The notes under the pieces: generated by a model
The model's database searches: none
Told to the model about the DNA's origin: nothing
Seen by the model: the letters and a program-made list of their open reading frames with translations, nothing else
Part shown: piece by piece, positions 12,018-24,581 of the stretch
Numbering within the stretch: position 1 is the first letter of the stretch
Layout: each line of letters starts with the position of its first letter
Translations under genes and position numbers: made by a program
From: Pristiophorus japonicus
Taxonomy: Eukaryota
Direction: 5' to 3'
DNA: 64,000 nt
Assembly: GCF_044704955.1 (NCBI RefSeq)
Contig: NC_091990.1
Coordinates: forward strand, 135,718,001-135,782,000

Positions 12018-13485
12018 GGGCCGAAAATTGCGGCCCCGCCTAGTCTGCATGGAATGTGCACGGACCCGGCGAGGCCTCGCAAAAGCCGGTTCTCTGGGCG
12101 CAATGCACATGCGCCGAAAACCGGCTTTTCCAATCTGTCAAGATTTCTTCTGACAGAATCTACGCATCCCCTGGAGAAGGACATCCATGCGGGAGAGATT
12201 GGGCTATTTGCCCAACTCATGCCGAACGAATGTCCTTCAAACTTTTACGCCTGGTAAAAGCAGGCATATAGTCTACTTTTACCAGCGTTACACTTTTAAA
12301 ACATATAAAAATTAAATTTAATCATTCATTTTTATATTAAAAACCCTGTCCATTAAGGTAAGTTTATTTTTAACTCTAGTAAAGCACATTGGCTTTGAAA
12401 TCCCAGCCTCCCCAGGTCTGTACGGAGTGGGTACGGACCCGGGAAGGCATCGCAAAAGCCGGTTTTCTGCGCGCAAAGCGGATGCGCTGAAAACCAGCTT
12501 GACAGATCGCACACATCTCGGCGCGAAAGACATTCCCACGGCAGAGATTGTGGTATTTGCCCATCTCTTGCCCTGCGAATGTCCTTAAAACTCTTGTGCT
12601 TGGTAAACCAGCGTAAGAGTTTTAAAACATACAAAAACATATAAAAATAAAATTTAAAAAACAAATTTGAATGTTAAAAACACTGCCCATTAAGGTAAGT
12701 TTAGTTTAAACCATAATTAAATCTTTTTTTAAAAATCGGCAAATATTTAAAAAAAAACATTTCTATCAACTTTAATTTCTATAATGTATTTATGTGAGGT
12801 GTTTTTTTTTATGTTTTATGTAGTGTTTGGATGTTTGTGGGTGTTCCCTCATTCATAGTAATAGGAGTTTCGGACTTACAAAACTCCTATTACTATGAAT
12901 GAGAAAATACTTCACTGTAATTGGGTGTCCAGGCCCACGTGTCTCCTACGGACGTCCCAACGTGAATGCGCCCCATTGTGCAAGAAGAGGAGGCCTCAGG
13001 ACTGAGATCACTGGTGGGCGCAGCAGGAAAAGCTAGGTATGGATCTTTTTAGCCATTTTCTGGCAAGTCCCCGTGGGAAGCAGAGGACCGGGATTTCAGG
13101 GCCAATAAAAAAAAAATGCCAAAAATTAAATATTTCTTCTAAAACATTAAATTTCAATTAATTTTAAATATGTGAGGTTTTTTTTAAATGTATTATGCTG
13201 TGTTTCTTGTTTTAGGAGGGTTTTCTCATTGATAGTAATGGGAACTCATAAAAATGGAGTTCCCATTATTAACAATGACAATACTACCGAGTGATTGGTG
13301 GTCCAGGCCCACGTGACTCCAACATTTCTGTACGTACGGGGAAGTCATTTTCCCGTTCGCTGCACAGTGAATGAAGGCCTCCGACCGGAGTCCTATGTTC
13401 CTCCGGGACCACCAGGTATTTTCATTAAAAAATTTCGGGTTGGAGGCGTTCTTCTGAAGGAAGCCTCCAACCGCAATTTTCCCCC
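12018..13485. mobile_element. Non-autonomous TIR element (MITE, Harbinger-like) with a related MITE nested at 12391-13103
   Basis: Outer ends GGGCCGAAAATTGCGG / CCGCAATTTTCCCCC flanked by AAA/TAA; inner ends GGCTTTGAAATCCC / GGGATTTCAGGGCC; shared internal sequence. Confidence 0.7.
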
Positions 13486-13856
13486 TAATATGTATTCTAT
13501 GGAATAGTCTCATTGGTCAAGTCCCAGCTTGCAGTGGCATTTTAGCTGGCATGGCCCTGCAGTCTTGACAGATAGTACACTTATTTACTAATACTTCTAG
13601 GTCTTTAACCAACCTAGGCCAATAAAAAAAACTTCAAGCCAAGACTTTCATGCCCATGATGCCAGTATGCTCACAGTGACGCTCCATCAAGACTTTGGCC
13701 CATAGTGTACTGGGAATGACTATTCTCAGGCCTCATTTTAGACATCCCTGCTCACATGGTAATTCATGCCGACAATGATAAAAGGGTTTTATCCCCTCAT
13801 CTAAATGTGTCTGATCTTCAGATCACCCTCGCAGTGTATGCTCATAGGCCCGTTGT

Positions 13857-14365
13857 AACATAAGAACATAAGAATATAAGAAATAGGAAGAGGAGTAGGC
13901 CATTTGGCCCCTCGAACCTGCTCCACCATTCAATAAGATCATGGCTGATCTGATCATGGGCTCAACTCCCCACAACCCTTTACTCCCTTATTGCTCTCTG
14001 AGGCAGAGAATTCCACAGATTTACAACCCTCTGAGAGAAGAAATTCCCCATCTCAGTTTTAAATGGGCCACCCCTTATTCTGAAACTTTGCCCCCTAGTT
14101 CTAGATTCCCCCATGAATGGAAACATCCTCTCTGCATCTATCTTGTTGAGCCCCCTCATTATCTTATATGTTTCAATAAGATCACCTCTCATTCTTCTGA
14201 ACTCCAAGGAGTACAGGCCCAACCTGCTCAACCTATCTTCATAAGTCAACCCCTTCATCTCAGGAATCAACCTAGTGAACGTTCTTGAATTGCCTCCAAT
14301 GCAAGTATATTCCTTCTTAAATAAGGAGACCAAAACTGTACACAGTACTCTAGGTGTGGCTTCAC
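13857..14365 (-). mobile_element. CR1-type LINE 3' fragment
   Basis: GLYSLEFRRMRGDLIETYKIM..; TTCTTATG tail repeats. Confidence 0.85.
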
Positions 14366-14367
14366 TA

Positions 14368-16010
14368 ATCATCATCATCATAGGCAGGCCCTCGAAACGA
14401 GGATGACTTGCTTCTACGCCAAAAAAGGATGAGTTCACAGCTGTTTCAATGAAGGACCTAATATTCCAGGTCCTGAACTACATAGTGTAGGGTTGGAAAA
14501 TGCCTGTGCATGGATTTTTTTAATGTGTGGTGACCGTTGCACACCAGCCACCACACAGGCTTGACAGAGCCAGGTCTTGTTCCAGTGGCAAGGATTAACC
14601 AAGATGACTGGCGACCTGCTCTGCTGCATGGGCCCAGTGTGCACACATATCGCAGTGTGGGCTGGCCCATGCTGCCCTTGGGCCCATGCCTCTTCTGGCC
14701 CCAAACTCGCGCCTCTCCTGGGCCCCGATCACGTCCCTCTACAATCTCTCACTGCTCTTTTGCCCCGACCTCGCCGCTCCTGCTGTACCTGCCCATGCTC
14801 CAATCACCGACCTGGACCTTGATGACATCCCTCTTCGCTGCCGTCGCTCTCCTGCACCAGCTCGCGCTGTACATAGAAACATAGAAAATAGGTGCAGGAG
14901 CAGGCCATTCAGCCCTTCTAGCCTGCACCGCCATTCAATGAGTTCATGGCTGAACATGAAACTTCAGTACCCACTTCCTGCATTCACGCCATACCCCTTG
15001 ATCCCCGGAGTAGTAAGGACTTCATCTAACTCCCTTTTGAATATATTTAGTGAATTGGCCTCAACTATTTTCTGTGGTAGAGAATTCCACAGGTTCACCA
15101 CTCTCTGGGTGAAGAAGTTTCTCCTTATCTCGGTCCTAAATGGCTTACCCCTTATCCTTAGACTGTGACCCCTGGTTCTGGACTTCCCCAACATTGGGAA
15201 CATTCTTCCTGCATCCAACCTGTCCAAACCCGTCAGAATTTTAAACGTTTCTATGAGGTCCCCTCTCACTCTTCTGAACTCCAGTGAATACAAGCCCAGT
15301 TGATCCAGTCTTTCTTGATAGGTCAGTCCCACCATCCCGGGAATCAGTCTGGTGAATCTTCGCTGCACTCCCTCAATAGCAAGAATGTCCTTCCTCAAGT
15401 TAGGAGACCAAAACTATACACAATACTCCAGGTGTGGCCTCACCAAGGCCCTGTACAACTGTAGCAACACCTCCCTGTCCCTGTACTCAAATCCCCTCGC
15501 TATGAAGGCCAACATGCCATTTGCTTTCTTAACCGCCTGCTGTACCTGCATGCCAACCTTCAATGACTGATGTACCATGACACCCAGGTCTCGTTGCACC
15601 TTCCCTTTTCCTAATCTGTCACCATTCAGATAATAGTCTGTCTCTGTTTTTACCACCAAAGTGGATAACCTCACATTTATCCACATTATACTTCATCTGC
15701 CACGCATTTGCCCACTCACCTAACCTATCCAAGTCGCTCTGCAGCCTCATAGCATCCTCCTCGCAGCTCACACTGCCACCCAACTTAGTGTCATCCGCAA
15801 ATTTGGAGATACTACATTTAATTTCTATGTACCTTGCAGTGTGGTAAGCTGCCATGCTGCCCATTGCTGCCGCTCGCCGCTCCTTTTATGGCCCCGACCT
15901 GCCGCTGATGGTCGCTTGCAGGTTGGGGCCGCCACTCTGCCCATGGCCGCCGCGCGCCGCTCCTTTTTTGGCCCCGACCTGCTGCTGATGGTCTCTCGCA
16001 GGTCGGGGCC
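14368..16010 (-). mobile_element. SINE with RTE-like (ATG)n 3' tail, interrupted by a CR1 at about 14870-15820
   Basis: CATCATCATAGGC tail; related partial copies at 32250-32505 and 36328-36520. Confidence 0.6.
14870..15820 (-). mobile_element. CR1-type LINE 3' fragment
   Basis: KFADDTKLGG, LVRPHLEYC, FRRVRGDLIE; TTCTATGT tail. Confidence 0.9.
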
Positions 16011-17159
16011 ACTAATACCCTTTACAGCTATAGCAGGACTTCTCTGGTTTTATACTTCATCCCCCTTGCAATAAAGGCCAACATTCCATTTGCCTTCTTG
16101 ATTACTTGCTGTACCTGCATACTAACCTTTTGTGTTTCCTACACAAGGACCCCCAGGTCCCTCTGTACTGTGGCATCTTTTTGTGTGTGCTCTGCAATAA
16201 CAGAGGTGGTGACTGGAAAATCCTCATCAACGACATGTGGAGTAAAGATTGACTGTTTGCGGCAAATTTCAGAATCTTCATGAGGCAACTTTGAAAGGGC
16301 ATCCACCACTGCATTCTGCCTTCATGTACAATACTCGATTCTGTGTGCCAAGGTTAGCTAGTAACAGTTTGTGATCCATTACTGGTGTGAAGTAGCATAC
16401 CAAACGAAAGTGGTGAAACTTTTAATACCAAATATAATTGCCAAAGCCTCTTTCTTAATCTGGGCATCATTTTGTTTGCTTTTGTTGAGCGTAAGTGATG
16501 CAAAGGCAACCGTTTTTACCTGCCCATCATTCATAACATGGTTGATCAATTCTCTCACACCATACCCAGAGGCATCACATGCTAGTCTTACTTCACGAGC
16601 CAGATTATAATGGACGAGAAGAGCACTACTGCTCAAGCGTCGCTTGCATGTGTTGGATGCATTCTGTTGCTTTTTGTCCCATATCTAATGCACACCTTTC
16701 TTGAATAAATAATGGAGTGGTGCAAGTACTGTTGTTAGACCAGGAAGGAAACGAACATAATATTGGACCATATCTAAACAGAATCGTAATTAAGTAATGT
16801 TTTTCGGTTCTGGAGCCATCATGATGTATTGAACTTTCTTCTTAACTGGTTGGAGACCATTTTCATCTACCCACAATCCTAGATCAACCACCTCAAGCTG
16901 TACAAATGCAAAAATACTTCTCTTCAGCTTCAGATTATGGTCATTGAACTGAATACTTCTTCTAAGATTTCCAGATTTTTCTTCTCTGTGCCAGTGGCTA
17001 TCAATACATCATCTTGATTGAACAAACAGTGATTTATTCCCTGTAAGATCTGATCCATGGTAGCCTAAAATATCTTTGGTGAGGACATGATACCAGAGGG
17101 CAATTTAGTGTATGAATATAAACCTTTATGTGTGTTGGCTGTCAGATAGTGCTGACAAA

Positions 17160-18080
17160 GGTAAGACAAAGGTCCTCCACCAGCCTGTCCTCGCCACACA
17201 GCACTGCCCCCCGTCATCAAGTTCCACGGTGTGGTCCTGGACAACGTTGACCACTTTCCTTATCTCAGGAGCCTCTTATCAACAAGAGCAGACATTGATG
17301 ACAAGATTCAACACCGCCTTCAGTGCGCCAGTGCAGTCTTCAGTTACCTGAGGAAAAGAGTGTTCGAAGACCAGGCCCTCAAATCTGCCACTCATGGTCT
17401 ACAGGGCTGTAGTAATACCCATTTTTCTGTATGGCTCAGAGACATGGACCATGTACAATAGACACCTAAAGTCACTGGAGAAATACCACCAACGATGTCT
17501 CCGCAAGATCCTACAAATCCCCTGGGAGGACAGACACACCAACATTAGCGTCCTCAACCAGGCCAACGTCCCCAGCATTGAAGCACTGACCACACTTGAT
17601 CAGCTCCGCTGGGCAGGCCACATTGTCCGCATGCCAGACACGAGATTCCCAAAGCAAGCGCTCTACTCGGAACTCCTTCACGGCAAACGAGCCAAAGGTG
17701 GGGAGAGGAAACGTTACAAGGACACCCTCAAAGCCTCCCTGATAAAGTGCAACATCCCTACCGACACCTGGGAGTCCCTGGTCAAAGACCGCCCTAAGTG
17801 GAGGAATTGTATCCGGGAGGGCGCTGAGCATCTCGAGTCTCATCACCGAGAACATGCAGAAATCAAGTGCAGGCAGCGGAAAGAACATGCGGTAAATCAG
17901 TCCCACCCACCTTTACTCTCAACGACTGTCTGAGCCACCTGTGACAGGGACTGTGGCTCTCGTATTGAACTGTTCAGCCACCTAAGGACTCATTTTAAGA
18001 GTGGAAGTCTTCCACTCTTAAAATGAGGCCTTAGGTGGCTGAACAGTCCAATCCCGAGGGACTGCCTATGATGATGATGA
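17160..18080 (+). mobile_element. RTE LINE 3' fragment with fold-back duplication near its end
   Basis: LYGSETWT..LRWAGHIVRM..RYKDTLK; GGACTGCCTATGATGATGA tail. Confidence 0.9.
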
Positions 18081-19153
18081 AATGCATTTATACTATTTGG
18101 CTCAAGTGCTCCCTGTGCTAGTGACTTCCATATTCTCACCGCTCTTATGAAATCCCTGCATAATTCTAAACAGTTTAATCATGATTCCCTTCTCTCTTTC
18201 ATAATGAGAATAAATTGAGCTCATCAAGCCTCTCTGCATTTACATCAATATAAGAGTTGGAACCAGTCCTTATGCCATACTGAATAATGCGAAAGCTATT
18301 GATGTTAAAGATATGTTGCCACCAGGGAGAACAGAAACTCTTGACTGTAAGTGACTGTAAGTAAATGGGGCAGACCTCTCTATTCACAATTCATACAGTC
18401 AAAACGCATTTTTTGTATTCTTTTCAAGAGTGCATTTGACATGTTATCATAGCTGAGCAGAGACTAATAGTTTTAGATATTTCAGTTTGTGCACATTTCA
18501 TACCCGGGGAATTCATTCTGCATCAGTAGTCTGATGCACTGCACTGATGCATTTGCACTGTCTAATAGTTATAATGATATTTATCCACAAAAACTCGATG
18601 CAAGTTCAGAAACTGTTACTCTGGTTTGAAGATATACAGACATAGAGATTTGAGAGTTTTGCAGTGCATTCACACTTTACAACTGTGGCATCGGAGCAAA
18701 GCCAAAATGCTAAACTTATCGTGTAAATCAGGAGTGAAGTATTGAACTGGTTCTGACGTGAAGTGAGTGAGACTCCCTCTTCCAGAGCCTGCTTTGCTCC
18801 AGTGTCAGGTTGGGCTCTGACTCCAAATTCAGGCTGCAATTATGGTGTAACTGTAATGTCGGTGCAAAATGAAATGCACCCATAGAGATTTGTTAAAAAT
18901 AATTAAAGACCAAGTCATTCAGTTTAATTCTCGATTTCTTAGAAATCTAGAGAAGTCATTTCTAACTTTCTGAAGGTAATTGTTACTGCAGTGATGTTTA
19001 GGTTTTATTCTCCTTGAATACAGTCTGTGGAAAGATTGGCTGAATGAATTGAATGACCTTTTCTCATTTCTTTCTTATATTTGTATGTACCTATATCTGA
19101 TCCTTCTCACCTCTCCTATCATCCACTGTTTGGGACTGATTGATGCACAATAT

Positions 19154-21103
19154 GGCCACGATTTCAACAATCGTGTTGAATTTGAGGCGGCTGGGATATT
19201 GTGGCAGGTTGCCACCCCACTCCAGGCTCCATCTGGCTCTGTGAAAAGAATCTTCCATTGATGGGGCTTGTTAAGCCTGCCCTGCGAGGTTCCTGGCCAA
19301 TTAAAAGGAGGCGGGTCTGATCACTTCATTTGATAACGTATCATCAGCCGATTTCTTTAAAGGGACCATGTCCACGTTGATTTTGACAGTTGTTCTCTCA
19401 GCGTTCTGCAGCATTAAGGTGCTGCAAACACTGACAAGCACTGCACAATGGTGCACGGCTGCACCAAGGCTCTCCCATGATTCCGTCCATATGCTTATGG
19501 AGGGAGTAACAGCGTGCAGGGAGGTTCTCTTCCCTTCTATTGGGTGGAAAGACCTCCCCAGGAGACCAAGCACCCGGGTTGCATATTGTACACAAGGGCA
19601 CAAGCAGAAGTGTCAGCAAGAGGACATGGCTGCAGTAGCACAGACCTTTCAATGATCTCAGTAGATCATGAAATGTTACTGCAAAGCTACACTCAATCTC
19701 ATCCTGCTGTGTCACTCATCACATCCCCATCACTCTGCCTTCCCTACCCTACTCCTGCACATCCTTACTCACACCAACTTACCTTGCACCTCCACAATTC
19801 CTCTCACTCTATCTACATTATCACAGCCCAATCTCACTAGCCACCCTCACACTCACCCTCATCCTAGTCCAATCATACCAACTAACAACACACAAGGGTA
19901 GGCACTTGGGTGTTCATGTTCATGTAAAGTTTCTGTTAATGTGTTATCAAACATTGAAATGTTTATTTTCAACACTTTGCGTTCTTTGACAGATTTGTGT
20001 GCACTTTTGGAAGTGGCTTAGTGAGTTTCAGTGAACGGTGAGACATAAGAGTACCCCCCAATGGTGATGAAAGGAATGGCTTGGTCATTCCAGGGATGCT
20101 TTATGGAGCTGGTGTGGAGTGATGCCAACCTGGCGCATCATGTGGCAGCCAGGGTGTACAGCATCAAGTGAAATAAATCTGGCCATGCTGAGGCCATTCC
20201 TGGCCTCCTGGGCAGCAATGTGTCAGGTGCTGATGTCGAATCCTGTGCAGCATCAGTTGATTGTGGAGAATGCTGGTGTTGTTGTTGGTGCTGCTGATGT
20301 GCCTGGTGATGTTGGTGTTGGGGCTGATTATGGTGGGTTTCTGAAGACCAAGGTGAGATTTTTTCAAGGGCACCAATACTGCTGGAATAGGTGGCAGTTG
20401 AAGTTGAGATGGCAGAAATGATCTGTCAATGGTGAGAGAGTTGCTCCAAGGAAGTGACAGAAGATAGAGAGTTGACTGCAAACACTTCCAAACTGCATAA
20501 AGCTGAAAATTATATTCCAAATCCTGAAGGCTTCAGCTTCTAAGATTGGAAAGTGAACAGCTGTGAAACGGTAGCTTTTATAACAAGTTTGCAGCTGTCA
20601 ACTATTCAGAGGAATGGAGAGTCATTAAAAAACCAACCCACTTACCAGACGTGATCCCTGAGCGCCATGAGCCTTGTGAAAAAGTTACAAAGGTGGTAAG
20701 TGTTATGTATGCTGCACCTTGTAATCAGCATTCTACCGCCACCAGAGGGCACATCTGTTGGAGTCCCAAGGGATCCCAGCATCCCTTGGGAGCACTGTAT
20801 ATAAGCAGGCTTCCCATGCTGTGCCAGCACTCTGGAGTCAGAATAAAGAGACTAAGGTCACACTTATTCAAGTCTACCGTACTCAGTCACATTGCTTTAT
20901 TTGAGACATAATAGTAAGTACATGGTAAAATGCTGTTCAAGTACCTTTTAACAAGCTCGTAACAATTTCAATGGACTCCCCTGCCGCTTGGTGTCGGATC
21001 TGCAAAGCGCAGGCAGACCTGACACTTAGGAAACTGACATGGAGGTGGGTTGACAGCGGGTTGCCTCCGATCCCATCCTCTGAGCGCTGGCAAAATTCTG
21101 GCC
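19154..21103. mobile_element. Degenerate Harbinger-like DNA transposon with Myb/SANT-like remnant
   Basis: AAPRLSHDSVHMLMEGVTACREVLFP followed by RTWLQ..FNDL at about 19450-19670; imperfect ends GGCCACGATTT / AAATTCTGGCC. Confidence 0.5.
20701..20913 (+). mobile_element. Solo Gypsy-type LTR
   Basis: TSD GTAAG on both sides; TATATAA and AATAAA; similar to LTRs at 30621-30830 and 43163-43379. Confidence 0.85.
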
Positions 21104-21329
21104 TGTGTTGTTCTGTGCAGCTTTTGTTCAGGAACTTAAAAAAAATAAACACCAGTATATTTATTAAGAATGTACAGCTAAAGTATTTTGTTAGATCGGG
21201 AGGGCACTGAATGCACAAATAAAATAGTTTGAAATTTTCCATTTTTATTCATTCATCAGAAATATGTACTCATCGTTTAAATGGGATCTATTGTAACTGC
21301 ACCAATGTTTTGAGAAACACGCTCCAGAG

Positions 21330-21685
21330 AAACGTACAAAATTCTTACAGGACTTGACAGGGTAGATGCAGGGAGGATGTTTCCCTAGGCTGGGGAGTCT
21401 AGAACCAGGGGTCACAGTCTCAGAATAAGGGGTCGGTCATATAGGACTGAGATGAGGAGAAATGTCTTCACTCAGAGGGTGGTGAATCTTTTGGAATTCT
21501 CTACCCCAGAGAGCTGTGGAGTTGTTGAGTATATTCAAGACAGCGATTGATAGATTTCTGGATATTAAGGGAATTAAGGGATATGGGGATAATGCAAGAA
21601 AGTGGAGTTGAAGTAGAAGATCAGCCAGCATTTTATTGAATGGCAGAGCAGGTTCGAGGGGCCGAACATTATTTCTTATGTTCTA
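21330..21685 (+). mobile_element. CR1 LINE 3' fragment
   Basis: Similar to the other CR1 3' ends in the window. Confidence 0.8.
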
Positions 21686-22039
21686 GAAACACTGTGAAGT
21701 TAAATCAATCCACAAGATAGCAGCATTTTACATGTCTACAACCAAAAGAGGTACAGTACTATAGTAAATTAGGGTAAAGTTTGGGGGGGGCGGGGGGAAT
21801 GAGGAAATAAATTAAGAAATAGCTGAGAAATAAATAACAGAATCATAGAATTCTAACAATAAAGAGAAGATAACTATTTAGATTATATATATAATACAAG
21901 ATTTAATGAAAAGTATAAAGAAAATAAACAGCTTCAATAAGATTAAAATATAAAATAAAAAATCAAAACTTCAACAGCTACATAAAGCATTGATCGATTT
22001 AATAGTGGAGAAAATGATACACAAAGTAACAGTCACAGT

Positions 22040-22221
22040 TTAAGATTGTGGTTAAGTGTGACAGTTAGTTTAGGAGTGACATGGTAAAGAGGCCGGCCAC
22101 CACATCAGCTGCCACAGAACATACTAGAAGAGGTAGAGAGAGTTCCTGTTATTTCAGAGTTTACTTCATGACTTGTAACAGATGGAAGCCCTCTCTGAAA
22201 AACACATTCTGTGAGATAAAG
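22040..22221 (+). promoter_or_regulatory. RAG1: Candidate RAG1 promoter and non-coding exon 1
   Basis: Runx motifs TGTGGTT (22047-22053) and ACCACA (22099-22104), E-box CAGCTG (22106-22111), donor AAG|GTAATG at 22221/22222; acceptor TCTCTATTAG|G at 24485/24486. Confidence 0.45.
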
Positions 22222-24498
22222 GTAATGTAGAGAATGGCACTGCTGTCAGTACTTGTACAGCGACTGATTTAACTTAGCGTAGAGCTACATTAGGAGCATT
22301 ATAATTCCTATAAGTTTATCTATCCTAAGTTGTATAGCAAAATGTTACTGAGGATTCCTGCCATGGGCATATATACCTTATACTTGTTTATTATTATATG
22401 GGATAAGTATAATATAGACTACTAGGTAGGGATGTAAGGAGTTGAGCAAGAAATAGCACATGGTTGGTTCAATTGATTTTATATATAGATGCTTTTTTTT
22501 TGAGTATTTTAAAGTTAGACATAGAAAAGGAATGTGCATCAAAAAGAATACTTTTCAGTTTTTCAATTGACTGCTGCTTTCCTACTCTTGCACTGGACAT
22601 TAGAGTATACTGCAGTTTCATTACATTTTACAGTAGAAGGAGCTCTAAGAGAAGTGAGGAGAGATGGCATAGAAGTTGCAGAAATAGATCATTTTTATGA
22701 AATGGTGGGGACTAAGTTCTTTAAAATATGCCACAGATTACTAATTCTTGAGAAAGTAGGCAGAACTATTCTTCCACTCAGCTTGTTGCCTGCTTTTACT
22801 GAAAGTCCTTATCCTATAGTTCAAACTGTACTTTATATTAACATTTGTAAAATATTTCCCAAACAAGTGTATTACAAGGTTACTGCATGCTTATCTTTGG
22901 TGTATCAAGTTTTTAAAAAGTCCAAACCCACCCCCATTAATCTCTATGAAAGTGGATTGATTAGATTGTGAACTTTTGAATGTGTAGTTGTGAATGGAAG
23001 CCAACATTTTCTGTTCCCAGTTACCCTAAGGCATGGTAACACTGGAGTTTGGGAAATGCCAAATATGCTGCATTGTACCAATTTCAAAAATCATCACTGC
23101 AGACTTCTTACACTCAGTGGATGCTTTGGTTAGTTGTGTAAAATAACATGACAAATATTGTAAAAACTTAAGATGTGCTGTACTGGTTTTATAGGCCAGG
23201 TGGTGCAACTGTATCATCTTGTAGCCTTTATCTTCCAGCAAACTAGTTGAGATCCAGGCTACGATCTGTGCAGAGTGCAACATATTACTGATGGATGTTA
23301 TGAATCTCAAGCAATATTTCTTTCAGTGCAATCCTATATCTACTTCCAATAGACATAATTCCCAGTACAAAAGTGCTTCATACAGATGATACAAAAATAC
23401 TGTGGCTCTGTAGCCATGGAATAAAAATCACAATATTACCCCTGAGGACTATCTAAATAACTGAAAGTCTGTTAATCTCAGTAGACAAAATGAGATTTTG
23501 TGTGTTTCAGCATTAAAAGATCTTAGGGATAATGAGTGAATCTTAAGACTTAGATGATTCTGACAGATTTGAGTCACTCTAACCTAAGGGAAAATATTTG
23601 ACCACAGTCTAATAATTGCAGTTGTTATTAATTTTGTGATCATTTAAGACTTATTTCCACAAACCTTTGGCTTTCTGTCCTTTGTTAAACACTCAAGTTA
23701 GCAGTAGCCTCTTTTGTGCAATATATTATTTTTATTGACGGCAGATCCCACTGCTAAAAGACCATAGCCCATTAGTAGGCAGCAGCGAGGCCCGTTATGT
23801 GATTGTTTTTTAGTTAATTCTGTTCTGTATTCTAACCTAAGGAAATTATCTTAAATTGACGGAGTATGGGAACATGGTGGGTAATTGTGATTAGAGCTAT
23901 TTAGTTGTGTGAAGAATAAATACCGACTGGTTGGGTCTGTTTTCTTTTGTAACTTTTCTGTATTCCTATGTATTTATAAAGATGCAAAAGTGAGCTTTGG
24001 TCTATGAAATCTGCAGTGGGAATTTTAAATGTACAAAATAAAACTCTTGTACTAACTAGTAATTTTTTCTACTTTTTTCTTTCTGAGTTAAATTATATGT
24101 TTTTCATCATCAAAAGATCTTCGGCGTAACTTTAACTGAACCCGCCAGCAGGAAACGAAGAGGATAGGCCGGCTGCCCGTTTTACACCCTGCCTGAATTT
24201 ACACTTCATTGAGTGTAAAATGAGCGGCTTACCTGACCCTGCCAAATTCCCGCCAGGCGGGTAAGGTTAATATTACCCCCCTCGTATTAGGTGTGATGGT
24301 TTTTTATTGGTGGTCTTTTACAGATCAGACTGAATCAAAAACCCAATTTTAGCACAGACCTAACATTGTAAACTGCAACTCTCTGAATAATGACAGATTA
24401 GAATGTAAGAGTTGTAATAAAGCTTCTGAAGGTGCTGAACTGTAATCATGTTTCAATCAATAATCAATTTTTATATCTCTATTAGGTACCAATATCTA

Positions 24499-24564
24499 AT
24501 GGAAATGGAGATGCCTCTGCAAATAATACCTGAAGATTTTAGGCATTCAGAAACAAGGCCATAA
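24499..24564 (+). other. 21-codon uORF ([21 protein letters not shown]), apparently the decayed ancestral RAG1 N-terminus
   Basis: First ATG after the acceptor; out of frame with 24582; PEDFRH resembles PDEIQH of tetrapod RAG1. Confidence 0.6.
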
Positions 24565-24581
24565 ATGTCCAAAAGGAAGCC

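Larger units (their letters stand above)
11300..17150 (-). mobile_element. Old, fragmented Gypsy pol (pieces about 11300-12017, 13490-13855, 16170-17150) interrupted by younger elements
   Basis: Integrase-like NFLVLIDTHSKRLEV; RNase H-like LACDASGYG..KKEALAIIFGIK. Confidence 0.6.

Noticed and set aside
22534-22971. 145-aa ORF in the presumed RAG1 intron
   Set aside because: No recognisable domain; AT-rich, likely chance
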